Assembly (NCBI RefSeq): GCF_001194135.2
Contig: NC_068991.1
Location: 16,210,438 to 16,274,437, forward strand
Source of the DNA: Octopus bimaculoides
Lineage: Eukaryota
Direction: 5' to 3'
Length of the DNA stretch: 64,000 bases
Shown here piece after piece: positions 38,944 through 51,209 of the stretch. The notes below the pieces were generated by a model. It did no database searches. It was not told the DNA's origin and saw only the letters and a list, made by a program, of their open reading frames with translations. Both the position numbers and the translations under genes were made by a program. Positions within the stretch are counted from its first letter, which is position 1; each line of letters begins with the position of its first letter.

Positions 38944-41900
38944 CAACAAATATATAGTATTATAATCAGTGAGACGTCGCATGTGCCTAGTGGTTTATAT
39001 CGATTTCTAACAGGCACAACAAACCAACACATCTGGGTCGTTGATTCATGCTAACCAATAACTTAACTTTGGTTCTTTTCTTTTAAGGGATGAAACTTTT
39101 GAAAAACTACACATTTATACACTTCAAATGCAAACGAAATATCTTCCAATACCTTTTATCTTTTACTTGTTTCAGTTATTGGACTGCAGCCATGCTGGGG
39201 CACTGCCTTTAAGGGTTTTAGTGGAATAAATCGACCCCAGTGCTTTTTAAAATGTCTGATACTTATCCTAGCGGTGTCTTTTGTCGAATCAAGTTACGGG
39301 AATGTAAACAAACCAATATCGGTTGTCAAGCAGTGGGAATGGACACACGCGCGCGCGGTTATGGTGATAACATGAAAAAATTGTCTTGCTTGGAATTTCA
39401 CACCATTCTTCCCACTCTCAACTTTGTTTTTCTTCGTAGTTCCCTTTAAAATGCATATTTTTAATCAAGTGAATTTGGTAGACTGAAACTAGAGGCCCGT
39501 CGTATTATATGCGTTTGTCCCCCAACAGCGCTTCACAATCGGTGTTGGTTTGTTCACGTCCTCATTACTCATCGGTTCGGCAAAAAGAAAGGTAGAATCA
39601 GACTTTAAGAATGAGTGCTAGGGTCGATTTGTTCGACTAAACCCCTTCAAAGGCGATGCCCTCGCATGGCTGCAGTCCAATGACTGAAACAAATAAAAAA
39701 TAATGGGATGTGATTTGAGAGAAGTTTAGCTATTATTTCCAGCGGGCTCAGTTGGCTTACAGATTCTCCTCTCATTGCCTCAACTGGTATTGTGTTGTTA
39801 ATTTTTGCATAGTGGTTCTGGTTGTTGTTATATTGTAAAAACGTACAAAAAGTCTTCAATTGAATTAAAAACAATGAGGAAGTGAAAGCTCACTATTGTA
39901 TATACAGACTATTGTTTACATTTTAAATACGTATTACTTTCATTTTTCTTGCTGGAATATTCTGTAACAGAACTCAAAACCATTGATTCTGATTATGTGA
40001 ATTTTATCAATTCTGAAAAGATGGAAGGGAAAGTCGGGCCACGGTTAGATTTTTCAGTACTTATTTATTAGTTCTTGTTTGGCTCCAAGCTCAACGCTCA
40101 TTCACCAAATCTATGAATGATCAAAGGTTTTGCTGCTGTGACCATCAGCTCATTGTTTTAGAGATATATGTGTCTTTATTTAAGATGCTAAGGTGTGATT
40201 TGTCGGAGAATTGCATACTATTTCTAGCAGGTGAATCAACCCCATAAAGGCCTCTTTGTTGACTCAATACCGGCAGTATTGTAGAAATAAGTTTTGTGAA
40301 AATATGTGTGTATACATATATGTACTTGCGTGTGTGATTGTGGCAGTGTGTGTATGTATATATATATATATATATATATATTGTAATATGTATGGTAGTT
40401 TATATCAAACTTTGTTATTATCCAGAAACTTTCCTCAATGTACGCACGCACGCAACCAATAATCCTNNNNNNNNNNNNNNNNNNNNNNNNNNNNNNNNNN
40501 NNNNNNNNNNNNNNNNNNNNNNNNNNNNNNNNNNNNNNNNNNNNNNNNNNNNNNNNNNNNNNNNNNNNNNNNNNNNNNNNNNNNNNNNNNNNNNNNNNNN
40601 NNNNNNNNNNNNNNNNNNNNNNNNNNNNNNNNNNNNNNNNNNNNNNNNNNNNNNNNNNNNNNNNNNNNNNNNNNNNNNNNNNNNNNNNNNNNNNNNNNNN
40701 NNNNNNNNNNNNNNNNNNNNNNNNNNNNNNNNNNNNNNNNNNNNNNNNNNNNNNNNNNNNNNNNNNNNNNNNNNNNNNNNNNNNNNNNNNNNNNNNNNNN
40801 NNNNNNNNNNNNNNNNNNTCCATCTTGTATATGTGTCTAAAACCAACGTAAATTTCTATCAATGAACAGATGAGTTGTTAACCTACTTCTTTCAGCTGAC
40901 ACGTGTTTCACTAATAATAATATCCGTTATATAAGGAAAAACTTACAATAAGCAGATTACATTATCAAATCATCATGCAAGGTTTCCTTTATATAACATG
41001 CCAAAATTTGAAACCGTTATTATTGCTATTAATGAAATATGTGTAAGATGACTTAATTGAATAATTTGTGGACAAATTCTTGTTTTTTTTTTTTCTTCTT
41101 TCATATGTAATCTGTGATTCATCTAACTCCGAAGATTGGTGAAAGGAGTTGTATTGGTGAATACGAGTTGTTGCAATTTTCTCTTTTGATGTATAAAGAA
41201 TGCACATAAAATTTTTGTTTTCATACAATTGAAATCCATACACACACATGTATAGATGTATATTATAGTGCAACATATATATGCGTGGCTGTGTGGTTAA
41301 GAAGCCTACTTCCAACCACATGATCCCACTATGTGGCACTACAGGTATGTCTTCTATTATAGTAGAGTGGATTTAATAGACGGAAACTGAAAGAGGCCCA
41401 TTGTATTTATGTGTGTGCTTGCATGTGTATTTGTGTCTGTCTCCACCACCACTTGGCGGCCGGTATTGGTCTGTTTACATCCCTCTAACTTAGCGGTGCG
41501 GCAACAGGGACCGATAGAATTATTATTGATGCTGATTTGTGCAACTAAACCCTTTGAGGTAGCGCCCCCAGCATGACCGCAGTCTAATGCCTGTAATGTG
41601 TGTGTGAGTGTGCTGATTGCTGACAAATATTAAAAAGAAAAAAAAAAAAAAAAGGTTACTTAATGCATCAGCAGTTTAAATGTATGAGTTCATTTGCAAA
41701 GAATGCAGAAATATGGTTTGGTTTGTCTGTGAGGAATTTTCGTGAGGTAATAGGGGTGAGGGAGGGGGGATAAATGGGTGAAAAAAATACGTGTGTGACA
41801 AAGTAAAATGCAAGTCACCGAAGAAATATGTCTTTTGTTAGTTTTAAACCAATGCTTCTATTTGATGTCAAATAGTTTTCCAGCTTGTCAGGATTGTTTA

Positions 41901-42023
41901 GCATCAGCACCACTTTGATCCAGCAAATTCTGTTACGATCAGACTTTTTCTAGCCTTGACCAGTTAAGTTGTTGTCAAGGCGGCAGGCTGGCCGAATCGT
42001 TAACATGCCAGGCAAAATATTAA

Positions 42024-42299
42024 CCCATTACCTCCCATAATTCTATTAACTGGAATTTTTTTTATGAAACTTTGATTTCTAGCATAAAACAGTCTTAGAA
42101 ACACACTGGAATGATCAAAATAACATTTTAAATAGAAATAAGCGAGATATTGGGTGAAAAATTAGCAAACCTCATTTGAATATGAGAGAAATATACCTAG
42201 TAGATATAGCAAAAAGGTTAGATATGTGTAAATATTGACAGATAATTATGAAATTTGTAATTTTTAAGTGATCTTATGAGATCACTGGTAGGTAATGGG
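42024..42299. mobile_element. piggyBac-type MITE, copy 1
   Basis: TTAA|cccattacctccc ... ggtaggtaatggg|TTAA. Confidence 0.88.
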
Positions 42300-43504
42300 T
42301 TAAAACACCTTGGCTCATAGATCCGCTTGGTTAGAGTATTTAATAACTGTTTAACCACCATTAACCAGGATGATTCTGTCAAAGCAAACCTATTTATTAT
42401 AATTTATCAATATTTTTTTTTATTATTATTCAAGGCAGCAAACTAGCAGAATTGTTGTCATACCAGGCAAACTGTTTAGTGGCATTTTGCCCATCTTCAC
42501 ATTCTGAGGTCAAACGCTCACAAGATCCAGTAACAGATGTACACAATCGTACACCTCTGTGTATAAACACACACAAAAGTATTTAAGCAAATGTACTTCA
42601 GTATGCAAACAAAAAGGACGGACACTATTTCTGTATCAACACGTATACAGTTTATTTACGCATTGTCTAATGCCTATACACAACCTCACATACATCCAAA
42701 CTAATATCTTACTTGTGCTTCTTGTGTATAAACACAAACACACTGCGAACTTATGTATAAAAGGCATGCACGCAGGTATTATCCGAGGAGAGCAAGCAAA
42801 GACATCTTGCTTCACATGCACTTAGGCATTAATACACTCCTATCATTGATGCACATAAAATGGTACAGAGACGAATTGTCTCAGCTGATAATTTTGTTAT
42901 CGCAGTGTGTTGCTGGAAGTTTTGCGGTGTATTTACAGCTGTTCTGTGTTTTTTGTGGACCCCAAGGCAAGGAGCATTTAATCTGCCTGCTTTTACTCTG
43001 TATGACAATACTCCTGCCTACTTCAAAACCTAGTGGTTAACGATATGAAAGTAATCTATTAACGATTAAATACCACAAGTGCATGCGTGCGTGCGTGGTG
43101 TTTTTTGCTTTTCATAATGGTTTTTATGTACACATACATGCTTACTCTTTCAGTATATAAATATGCATGTCAGATGCAATAAAATGTGTTCACTATATGT
43201 AAGCGCATGTGTGTGTGTGTTTGAAAAATAATACAACACACAAATGCACATCATCATCATTACCATTTTGATGTCTGTTTTCTGAAGCTTGCATGGCTCA
43301 GATGAAATTTGTTGATGCAGATTTCCTTTGGCACAAAAGACTGGAAACAAACAATGACATCCAGCTGTAGAAACCATGCCACAACAGACAGTTGGAGTCT
43401 GGAAACCTCCTTGCTAACCAGCTCCATATCAAACCATCCAACCCATGCCAGCATGTAGAGCTGATGTTAAACAATGATAATGATAATCAAGACTTACATT
43501 GAGA

Positions 43505-43620
43505 CCATAGTGCTGTGGTGCACTGTCTGGCTGTAGAACAGTGTTTAAGATTATAGTTTCCCTTTTCATGTCTGGTAGCAAAACATTTTTCAGAAACTCC
43601 TTTGTTATCACAATGTCAAA
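43505..43620 (-). mobile_element. Mariner/maT transposase fragment
   Basis: EFLKNVLLPDMKRE...VLQPDSAPQH resembles the QQD(S/N)APxH second catalytic motif. Confidence 0.5.
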
Positions 43621-43774
43621 AAAAAAAAAATTTGAAATGGAAAAGATGTGGTATTGAGCATTTTCATAGCCATTTACTTGACAGACATGTTGACAGTCCT
43701 TTCACCAACATAAAAGGTAGCTTTATCACTGAATAGAATCTACCTATGGTAGTCAGTATCATTGCCTTAGCAAC

Positions 43775-44095
43775 AGTGAAGGTGCATGGCTCAGTGATTA
43801 GAGCACTGAGGTAGTGAGTTAGACTCCTGGACTGGGCTGTGTGTTCTTGAGCAAGACACTTTATTTCACATTGCTCCAGTTTCCTCAGCTGTAGAAATGA
43901 GTTGCGACATTACTGGTGCCAAGCTATATCAGCCTTTGCCTTTCCCCTTGGATAATATCAGTAGTATGGAGAAGGGAGGCTGGTATGCATGGGTGACTGC
44001 TGGTCTTCCATAACAACCTTGCCTGGACTTGTGCCCTGGAGGGGAACTTTCTAGGTGCAATCCCATGGTCATTCATGACTGAAGGGGGTCTTTCC
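43775..44095 (+). mobile_element. tRNA-derived SINE family E; second copy about 62896-63215 (+)
   Basis: gtgaaggtgcatggctcagtg...ttcttgagcaagacactttatttcac...ggtgcaatcccatggtca shared between copies. Confidence 0.78.
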
Positions 44096-44327
44096 CTTTA
44101 TATATATCTATGCATGTAGGTCTTTGTGTTTGTCACCCACCACCACCTGACAACTGGTGCTGGTGTATTTACGTCTTCTGTAACTTAGCAGTTTGGCAAA
44201 AGTGACTGATAAAATAAGTACTAGGCTTTGTCAGTACTGGGGTTGATGCATTCAACTAAAAATTCTTCAAGGCAGTGCCCCAACATGGTCAGTCTAACCA
44301 ATGAAACCAGTAACAAAAAAAAGAAGA

Positions 44328-44718
44328 GGCGTGCCTATGTGGTAAGTAGCTTGCTTACCAACCACATGGTTCCAGGTTCAGTCCCACTGCGTGGCACCTT
44401 GGGCAAGTGTCTTCTACTATAGCCTTGGGCCAACCAAAGCCTTGTGAGTGGATTTGGTAAACGGAAACTGAAAGAAGCCCCTCGTATATATGTATGTGTG
44501 TATATGTTGTGTATCTGTGTTTGTCCCCCCAACATCGCTTGACAACCGATACTGGTGTGTTTAGGTCCCCGTAACTTAGCGGTTCGGCAAAAAGAGACCA
44601 ATAGAATAAGTACTAGGCTTACAAAGAATAAGTCCTGGGGTCGATTTGATTCGACTAAAGGCGGTGCTCCAGCATGGCCACAGTCAAATGACTGAAACAA
44701 GTAATAGAATAAAAGAAA
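44328..44718 (+). mobile_element. Full-length SINE family A copy
   Basis: Same consensus as 8275-8677. Confidence 0.88.
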
Positions 44719-45632
44719 AGAAGGAATTAGATTTTAGACACCTTTGAATAGAGCTGTAGGAGACAGAGTACATTTGAAACCTGCCATTGTGAACTGTGTG
44801 GCTTTTGTTGAAAATGAATGGTAATGGATGGCTGTTTCTGAGATTCTGTGGCCTTGCAGGTTTTCAACTGAGCCTTTGTTTTTGTGTCTATGACATTTGA
44901 GAAACTTGCCTTAACTGTGTGAGAGCGAAAGAAAAAAAAAAGTAAGTGAAGCAACAGAGTAGCTGGATATAGTAAAACAGTGTATAGGTGTGTGTGTGTG
45001 TGTGTGTGTGTGTGCATACATGAGAGAGAGAATGGTGAGAATAGGTTAGATTAGAAGGATAAGAAAGTAAAACAGGAAAAAATTGAAATATATATACACA
45101 CAGGTTATGAAAGAGAGCGAGAGTAAATGTGATTGGATGGATGTCAATGTCCTGGTGAGCAAAAACAGTGGAAGAGTCAAAGAAATGGAAGGATTAATAA
45201 TTGAGAGCTTTGTACATAGAAGCTATGTTACTAGTTCCTCCTCATCACCACCACCACAACAATCTTTCTATATCATCTTGACATTAATGAGATGATGCAA
45301 CAGCATCGGTGGTAACAATCACAACAACCACCTTGCTCTGTCTTTTCTTTCAACGACAGACACCATCAACCTTCTAAAATGGTTCTTCCTACCCACTTTG
45401 AAAGGTTGATTTGCTACCTACTGCTCCACATAACATACTCCTTTCTTCCTCTCTTGCCAGTTTGTCTATCTATCTAGTCTTCCTTATTACACACTTTGTC
45501 ACTCTTTTCTTTCTCTTTCTTGTCAATTTATCATTCTTTCTCTTATATTCTCAATCTTTCCCCATTTTTTTTTTAGTTTTCTTGCTCTCTCTACCTCCAT
45601 TTTTCTCTCCCTTTTTCTTTTACAATCTTTAA

Positions 45633-46975
45633 CCCTTTCGTTACTGTATTTATTTTGAGATGCTCTGTGTTTCTTTCAATTATCTATATATATAAAAATG
45701 AGAATGTGTGTCTGTCTGTCTGTCTGTCTGTGTGAATCCCTAAAACTCGAGAACTACGCAACCAATTTCATTCAAATTTTACACATGCCTTACTTAGGGT
45801 TCCAGTTGTTTTAGTCAAAAAAAATTTTTAACTTCTTGCAGAGTTCGAGCCCACAGCAACATATCTCCTCCACTATTTAAGTATTACGTGTCAAAAGTGA
45901 AACAAAAACACTCATGTCAAATACTTTCACTTTANNNNNNNNNNNNNNNNNNNNNNNNNNNNNNNNNNNNNNNNNNNNNNNNNNNNNNNNNNNNNNNNNN
46001 NNNNNNNNNNNNNNNNNNNNNNNNNNNNNNNNNNNNNNNNNNNNNNNNNNNNNNNNNNNNNNNNNNNNNNNNNNNNNNNNNNNNNNNNNNNNNNNNNNNN
46101 NNNNNNNNNNNNNNNNNNNNNNNNNNNNNNNNNNNNNNNNNNNNNNNNNNNNNNNNNNNNNNNNNNNNNNNNNNNNNNNNNNNNNNNNNNNNNNNNNNNN
46201 NNNNNNNNNNNNNNNNNNNNNNNNNNNNNNNNNNNNNNNNNNNNNNNNNNNNNNNNNNNNNNNNNNNNNNNNNNNNNNNNNNNNNNNNNNNNNNNNNNNN
46301 NNNNNNNNNNNNNNNNNNNNNNNNNNNNNNNNNNNNNNNNNNNNNNNNNNNNNNNNNNNNNNNNNNNNNNNNNNNNNNNNNNNNNNNNNNNNNNNNNNNN
46401 NNNNNNNNNNNNNNNNNNNNNNNNNNNNNNNNNNNNNNNNNNNNNNNNNNNNNNNNNNNNNNNNNNNNNNNNNNNNNNNNNNNNNNNNNNNNNNNNNNNN
46501 NNNNNNNNNNNNNNNNNNNNNNNNNNNNNNNNNNNNNNNNNNNNNNNNNAGACATCCTTTGGGTCTTTTTATTATCACTACGACACACATAGTCCCCAGT
46601 TGGTAACATTGATTTCAAGGCCCGCCTAGATGAGAGACTGGCATTCCACTTAATGTCTATGTTCCATGCTGGCATGGATTGGAGAGTTATTAATGTAGAA
46701 ATATGGTATCGTAGCTACTAACAGTTGAGGGTTGCGTAGTCTAGACGGCGTTTTTAGATTTCATTATTCTCTTTAACCCGGGCAAAGGCGGGTATTTCTG
46801 CTAGTTTTAAATATAACAAAGAATTTAGTAAAATAACTTGGTTATCATTAAGCTAGTGTTAGGAACATAAATTGCAACTAAGGCTTAGTGGTATATTTTA
46901 ATGGAAAACTTATGAAATCAAGACATTTGTTCTATGGAGCCAGAGCCGGTTTTGGCCAGGTTGGTAACAAAAGGG
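45633..46975. mobile_element. piggyBac-type MITE split by a Helitron-like insertion
   Basis: TTAA|ccctttcgttac ... gtaacaaaaggg|TTAA termini with an insertion between 45682 and 46805. Confidence 0.8.
45683..46804 (+). mobile_element. Non-autonomous Helitron-like element (interior partly N gap)
   Basis: Inserted between A and T; 5' TC(tatatatataaa); 3' hairpin ACCCG...CGGGT at 46776-46793, then CTAG 8 nt later; no TSD. Confidence 0.78.
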
Positions 46976-47344
46976 TTAATCTCTATGGTAGTCTCTCTAT
47001 TCAACTGTATTACACTCTCAAACTGTCTTCCAACACTTAAGTTTGTGCTAGCTAGTGTGGCTAAGACCATTCTGGAGCATATATTTACCAATTTTCTGGT
47101 GTAGCAGCTCCTTTGTTGGTTCATCCTTTTGGAGTTGAATGAATAACAAGTCAATAAAACTCCACCCTAAAAGGTAAGGCTCTAGCATGGCCACATTTGA
47201 CTAAAGCCAGTAAGAGAATAACCTCCTTTATCAATTCTCGAAAAACAAATGACAGTGGCAGGGTTTGAACCTCAGACAGAGGCATGGAAATGAATACTGC
47301 CAGATGCTGCTCTGTCATTTTTGCCACTTCTGAAAACCGCTTTT

Positions 47345-48140
47345 TAATTTTGGCACAAGGCCAGCAATTTCAGGGTGTTGGGGTTAGTTGATTACATCAC
47401 CCAGTGCTCAACTAGTACTTCATTTTATTGACCCCTAAAAGGATGAAAGGCAGTTGCCCTTGACTGAATTTGAACTCCTAATGATTCTGTCAGCTTGCAA
47501 CTTTGATATCAGTAATAATCCTATCTACTATAGGCACAAGACCTGAGTTTTTTTTATTTTTAGGGGAATGGGCTAGTTGGTTACATTGACCCCGTACTCA
47601 ACTGGTACTTATTTTATCGACCCTAAAAATATGAAAAGCAAAGTGGAGCTTGGTGGAATTTGAACTCGGAACATTAAGACAGATGAAATACCACTAAGCA
47701 TTTTCTCTATTGTGCTAACGATTCTGCCAGCTTCTTTAATTGTAACAACAACAACAACAATAATCTTTTCTACTCTAAGCACAAGGCCTGTAATTTTAGG
47801 GGAGGGGGCCAGTCAGTTAGATTGATCCCAGTATGCTACTGGTACTTAATTTATAAACCTTGAAAGGATGAAAGGAAAAGTTGACCTCGGTGGAATTTGA
47901 ACTCAGAACGTAAAGACAGACGGAATACGGCTAAGCATTTTGCCCAGCATGCTAATGTTTCTGCCAGCTTGCAGTCTTAACAACAACAATAATAATAATA
48001 ATAGTTTCAAATTTTGGCACAAGGTCAGCAATTTATAGGTAGGGATCATGTCAATTACATTAACCTTTAGCATTTGATTAGTAGTTAATTTTATTAGCCT
48101 GAGAGGGTTGGAAGGCAATTTTATTTGACACTTTAATGAT
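47345..48140 (-). mobile_element. Chain of four SINE family B copies separated by (CAA/AAT)n
   Basis: Repeated ggcacaaggcc...ttacat...ggtact...aaaggatgaaaggc...gaatttgaactc blocks. Confidence 0.75.
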
Positions 48141-49414
48141 TCTGTGTGAGGTTAAGAAGTTTGTTTTGGAACCACTTGGCTAGTAGTATGATTTAATATC
48201 CTATGCTGTAGCCATGGGTCGACTAGTTTGTTGTGAGTGAAATTGATAGTGGACAACTGAAGAAGCCCATCATGTATGTTTGTGTGTATATACACACACA
48301 CATGTACACATACACATGACAGGCTGTGTGTTAAGAAGTTTGTTTCTCAACCACATAGTTCCAGATTCAGTTTCACTGTAAGGCACTTTTGGGCCAACCA
48401 AAACCTTGTGAATAGATTTGGTGGTAGATAAAAGCTGAAAGAAACCTTGTGTCATCATCATCATCATCATCATTTAACGTCCGCTTTCCATGCTAGCATG
48501 GGTTGGACGATCTGACTGAGGACTGGTGAAACCAGATGGCTGCACCAGGCTCCAATCTGATCTGGCAGAGTTTCTACAGCTGGATGCCCTTCTTAACACC
48601 AACCACTCAGAGAGTGTAGTGGGTGCTTTTACATGTCACCCGCATGAAGACCAGTCAGGCGGTACTGGCAACGGCCACGCTCGAAATGGTGTCTTTTATG
48701 TGCCACCCGCACAAGAGCCAGTCCAGGGGCACTTGCAACGATCTCGCTCGAAAATCCTTACACATGTCACGGGCACAAGTGCCAGAAAGGTGACGTGTGT
48801 GTGTATAAATACATATGTTTGTGTGTGTGTATTGGTGTCTCCTTTGACTTCATGTATAAATGAGTGTCACTGTCATATGATGTCCTTTGTTTCCAGTGTT
48901 ACTTGAAAACAAGAATCAATGGCAAGAAGGGCATCTAGTCATAGAAAATCTGCTTCAACAAATCCCTTCTGACCCATGTTAGCATAGAAAAGTGAACATT
49001 AAAATGATGATATATGCTTTTGTGTGAGTGAATTTATGTTACCCTCTGTCTTCATGTGCATTCACTGTTTGTAAACAAAAACTTCATTGTTCAAACAGGT
49101 AATGTTGTTTGCTTGTATCATCACAAAAGCAAGTCTGGGCTCCTTCTTGACTTGTTGCTTGTTCTTTATAAAGCAAAACACACATCCAAATGGTGTTGTT
49201 TGTTCATTATTGTTTGCATTACTATGTCCAGGCAGAGCAAATACTGCACGGCAGTGTGTCTAATAACTCTGTGAATTTACTGCTTTTATGTCTGTATTGA
49301 CTGTGTGTATTATATATTATGTATGTCTAATGTCACCTTTACTTGTTTTTCAGGGTGGCTGTTTTACTTTGGAAGAGTCAATAGAGTTCTTTCACAGTGG
49401 TGGATTCTGCAAAA

Positions 49415-51209
49415 ATGTTCAAGAAGCATAAAAAGCCAGATCGAGCATTGTACGTGTTCCCTGCACGTCGCATGATTGCAGAAAATGAATCGCAGCAGAA
49501 ACCTTCTTTAATTAATGATGAGCTTGAATACAACAGCAACAGCAGTGTCGATGTCACACACAGAAATACTGTGAACACTGATATTACACATCAATGTAAA
49601 CACCTGGAGTCTCCTTCAAGCAGACAACAACGTACTGTTTCAATTGCCACAAGAGATCAGGTAAATGGTCTCCACAAAATTCTGTCCAACAAGTTAAATA
49701 ATGAATCCTCTCCATACAGACAACAGCGTAATGTTCCAAGAGCTAGCAGGTCTCCATCAAACAAGTTTAATAATAAAACTTCCCCTAACAGACAACAACT
49801 TATCGTTACTTATACCAGCAAGGACCAGATAAATAACGGTATCCACAAGACTTTATCAAATACTTTGAATAATAATAATAAATCTTTTCCAGATGAGGGT
49901 GAATTCGGTGTGACAAAGGAAGTCGGTCATGATTTTGTTTGTTCCAGACAGTTTGGTCGTGCTAGGCAGCCATACTCCTCAAACTCACAAGAAGCAAATA
50001 AATTTATGGGAGCAGGAAGAGGAAGGCTGCTTTCCCTTATGGAAAATTACTTGAAGATGGAATCAGAAGAAAGGAATGGCCACAGTAAAGAATCTGATTC
50101 TTTGACATCTGCAGATACTTGTGGTACTGTCATCCACAATCAGCATACAATACACAATAATTCTCATCCAAACTCTTCATCTAATGGTGTTTTACGAAAC
50201 AAACGTGAGAATCCCAGAATTTTGGGTAAAGGGAGAGCTCGCTTAGCTAAAAAGTCTACAATGGCTGAAAAAAAATCTCCAAGAGTTTCATTGGACAGAA
50301 GCTCCTTGAATAGTCCAGACATGTCAGCTGGACAGTTTGACTCCTGTGATCAAGAGGAAGAAGTGCAGCAACAGGAAGAAAAATCTCCAAGAGTCTCAAT
50401 GGACAGAGGCTCGTTGAAGAGTCCAGACATATCATGGGACAGTTCTGAAATTCCAGATGGAGACAACACTACTGAAAAGACTGCTGTGGAAAACAAACCT
50501 CTGAGCTGGGCTGAAGAAATGAGAGAATTTGATCGACTTCATCTTAAGGGTAATAACAGTGATTATGATGATGATGATGATGATAGTAATTGTAGCATGT
50601 CACCACATGTTCTGAGGAATTCAGTCGAGAAAGAGAACTGGTTATATAACAGTGGATCACCTGAAAATCATGTTTCATACAAAACAAATAACTATTCACC
50701 CAATGGAAACCAATATTCTGAGAATGGAGTAAATAACAGGCATCGCTCTAAACATCGGATTAACACACGATGGCGGACAGTTTCCAATGATTCCGGTTCT
50801 AATGGTAACAGTTTCAACTCTAGAAATAAAGTGACATCCAATTTTGTTGTCAATGGAAACCAAGTTTCTCCGAAAGACCTACAGCATAAAATAAATAGCA
50901 TCACAAACAATGGGAGAATTAACACTTCTTCATATGGGAATAAGCGGACATCACTAACAAACGGTGACCATACGGAAAGAATAACCAAATCTTGGGAAGA
51001 AAGCTTTCTATCACGATGTTCAGCAGCTGGCTACAAATTCTTTGATACTCATTGTCACCTAGATAGAATCTTTGATGATCTGAAAAGTAAATCAGAAAAA
51101 CATTTCTCAAATTTCAAAGAATTTAAAGAAGCAAATTGGACAACATTTCCAAAAGAATTTGCTGGTTGCTTAACTGTCTTTTGTGATCCTTGGAGATTTG
51201 ATTCTAAAG
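49415..51209 (+). CDS. TATDN2: TATDN2 first coding exon (exon probably starts at the acceptor at 49354)
   Basis: tgttttttcag acceptor ends at 49353; in-frame TAG at 49382 precedes ATG 49415; 598 codons of S/N/R-rich sequence followed by DTHCHLD; aaag|gttagt donor. Confidence 0.9.

Noticed and set aside
50692-51110. Minus-strand ORFs overlapping the TATDN2 large exon
   Set aside because: Shadow ORFs antisense to a real coding exon, with no independent support.
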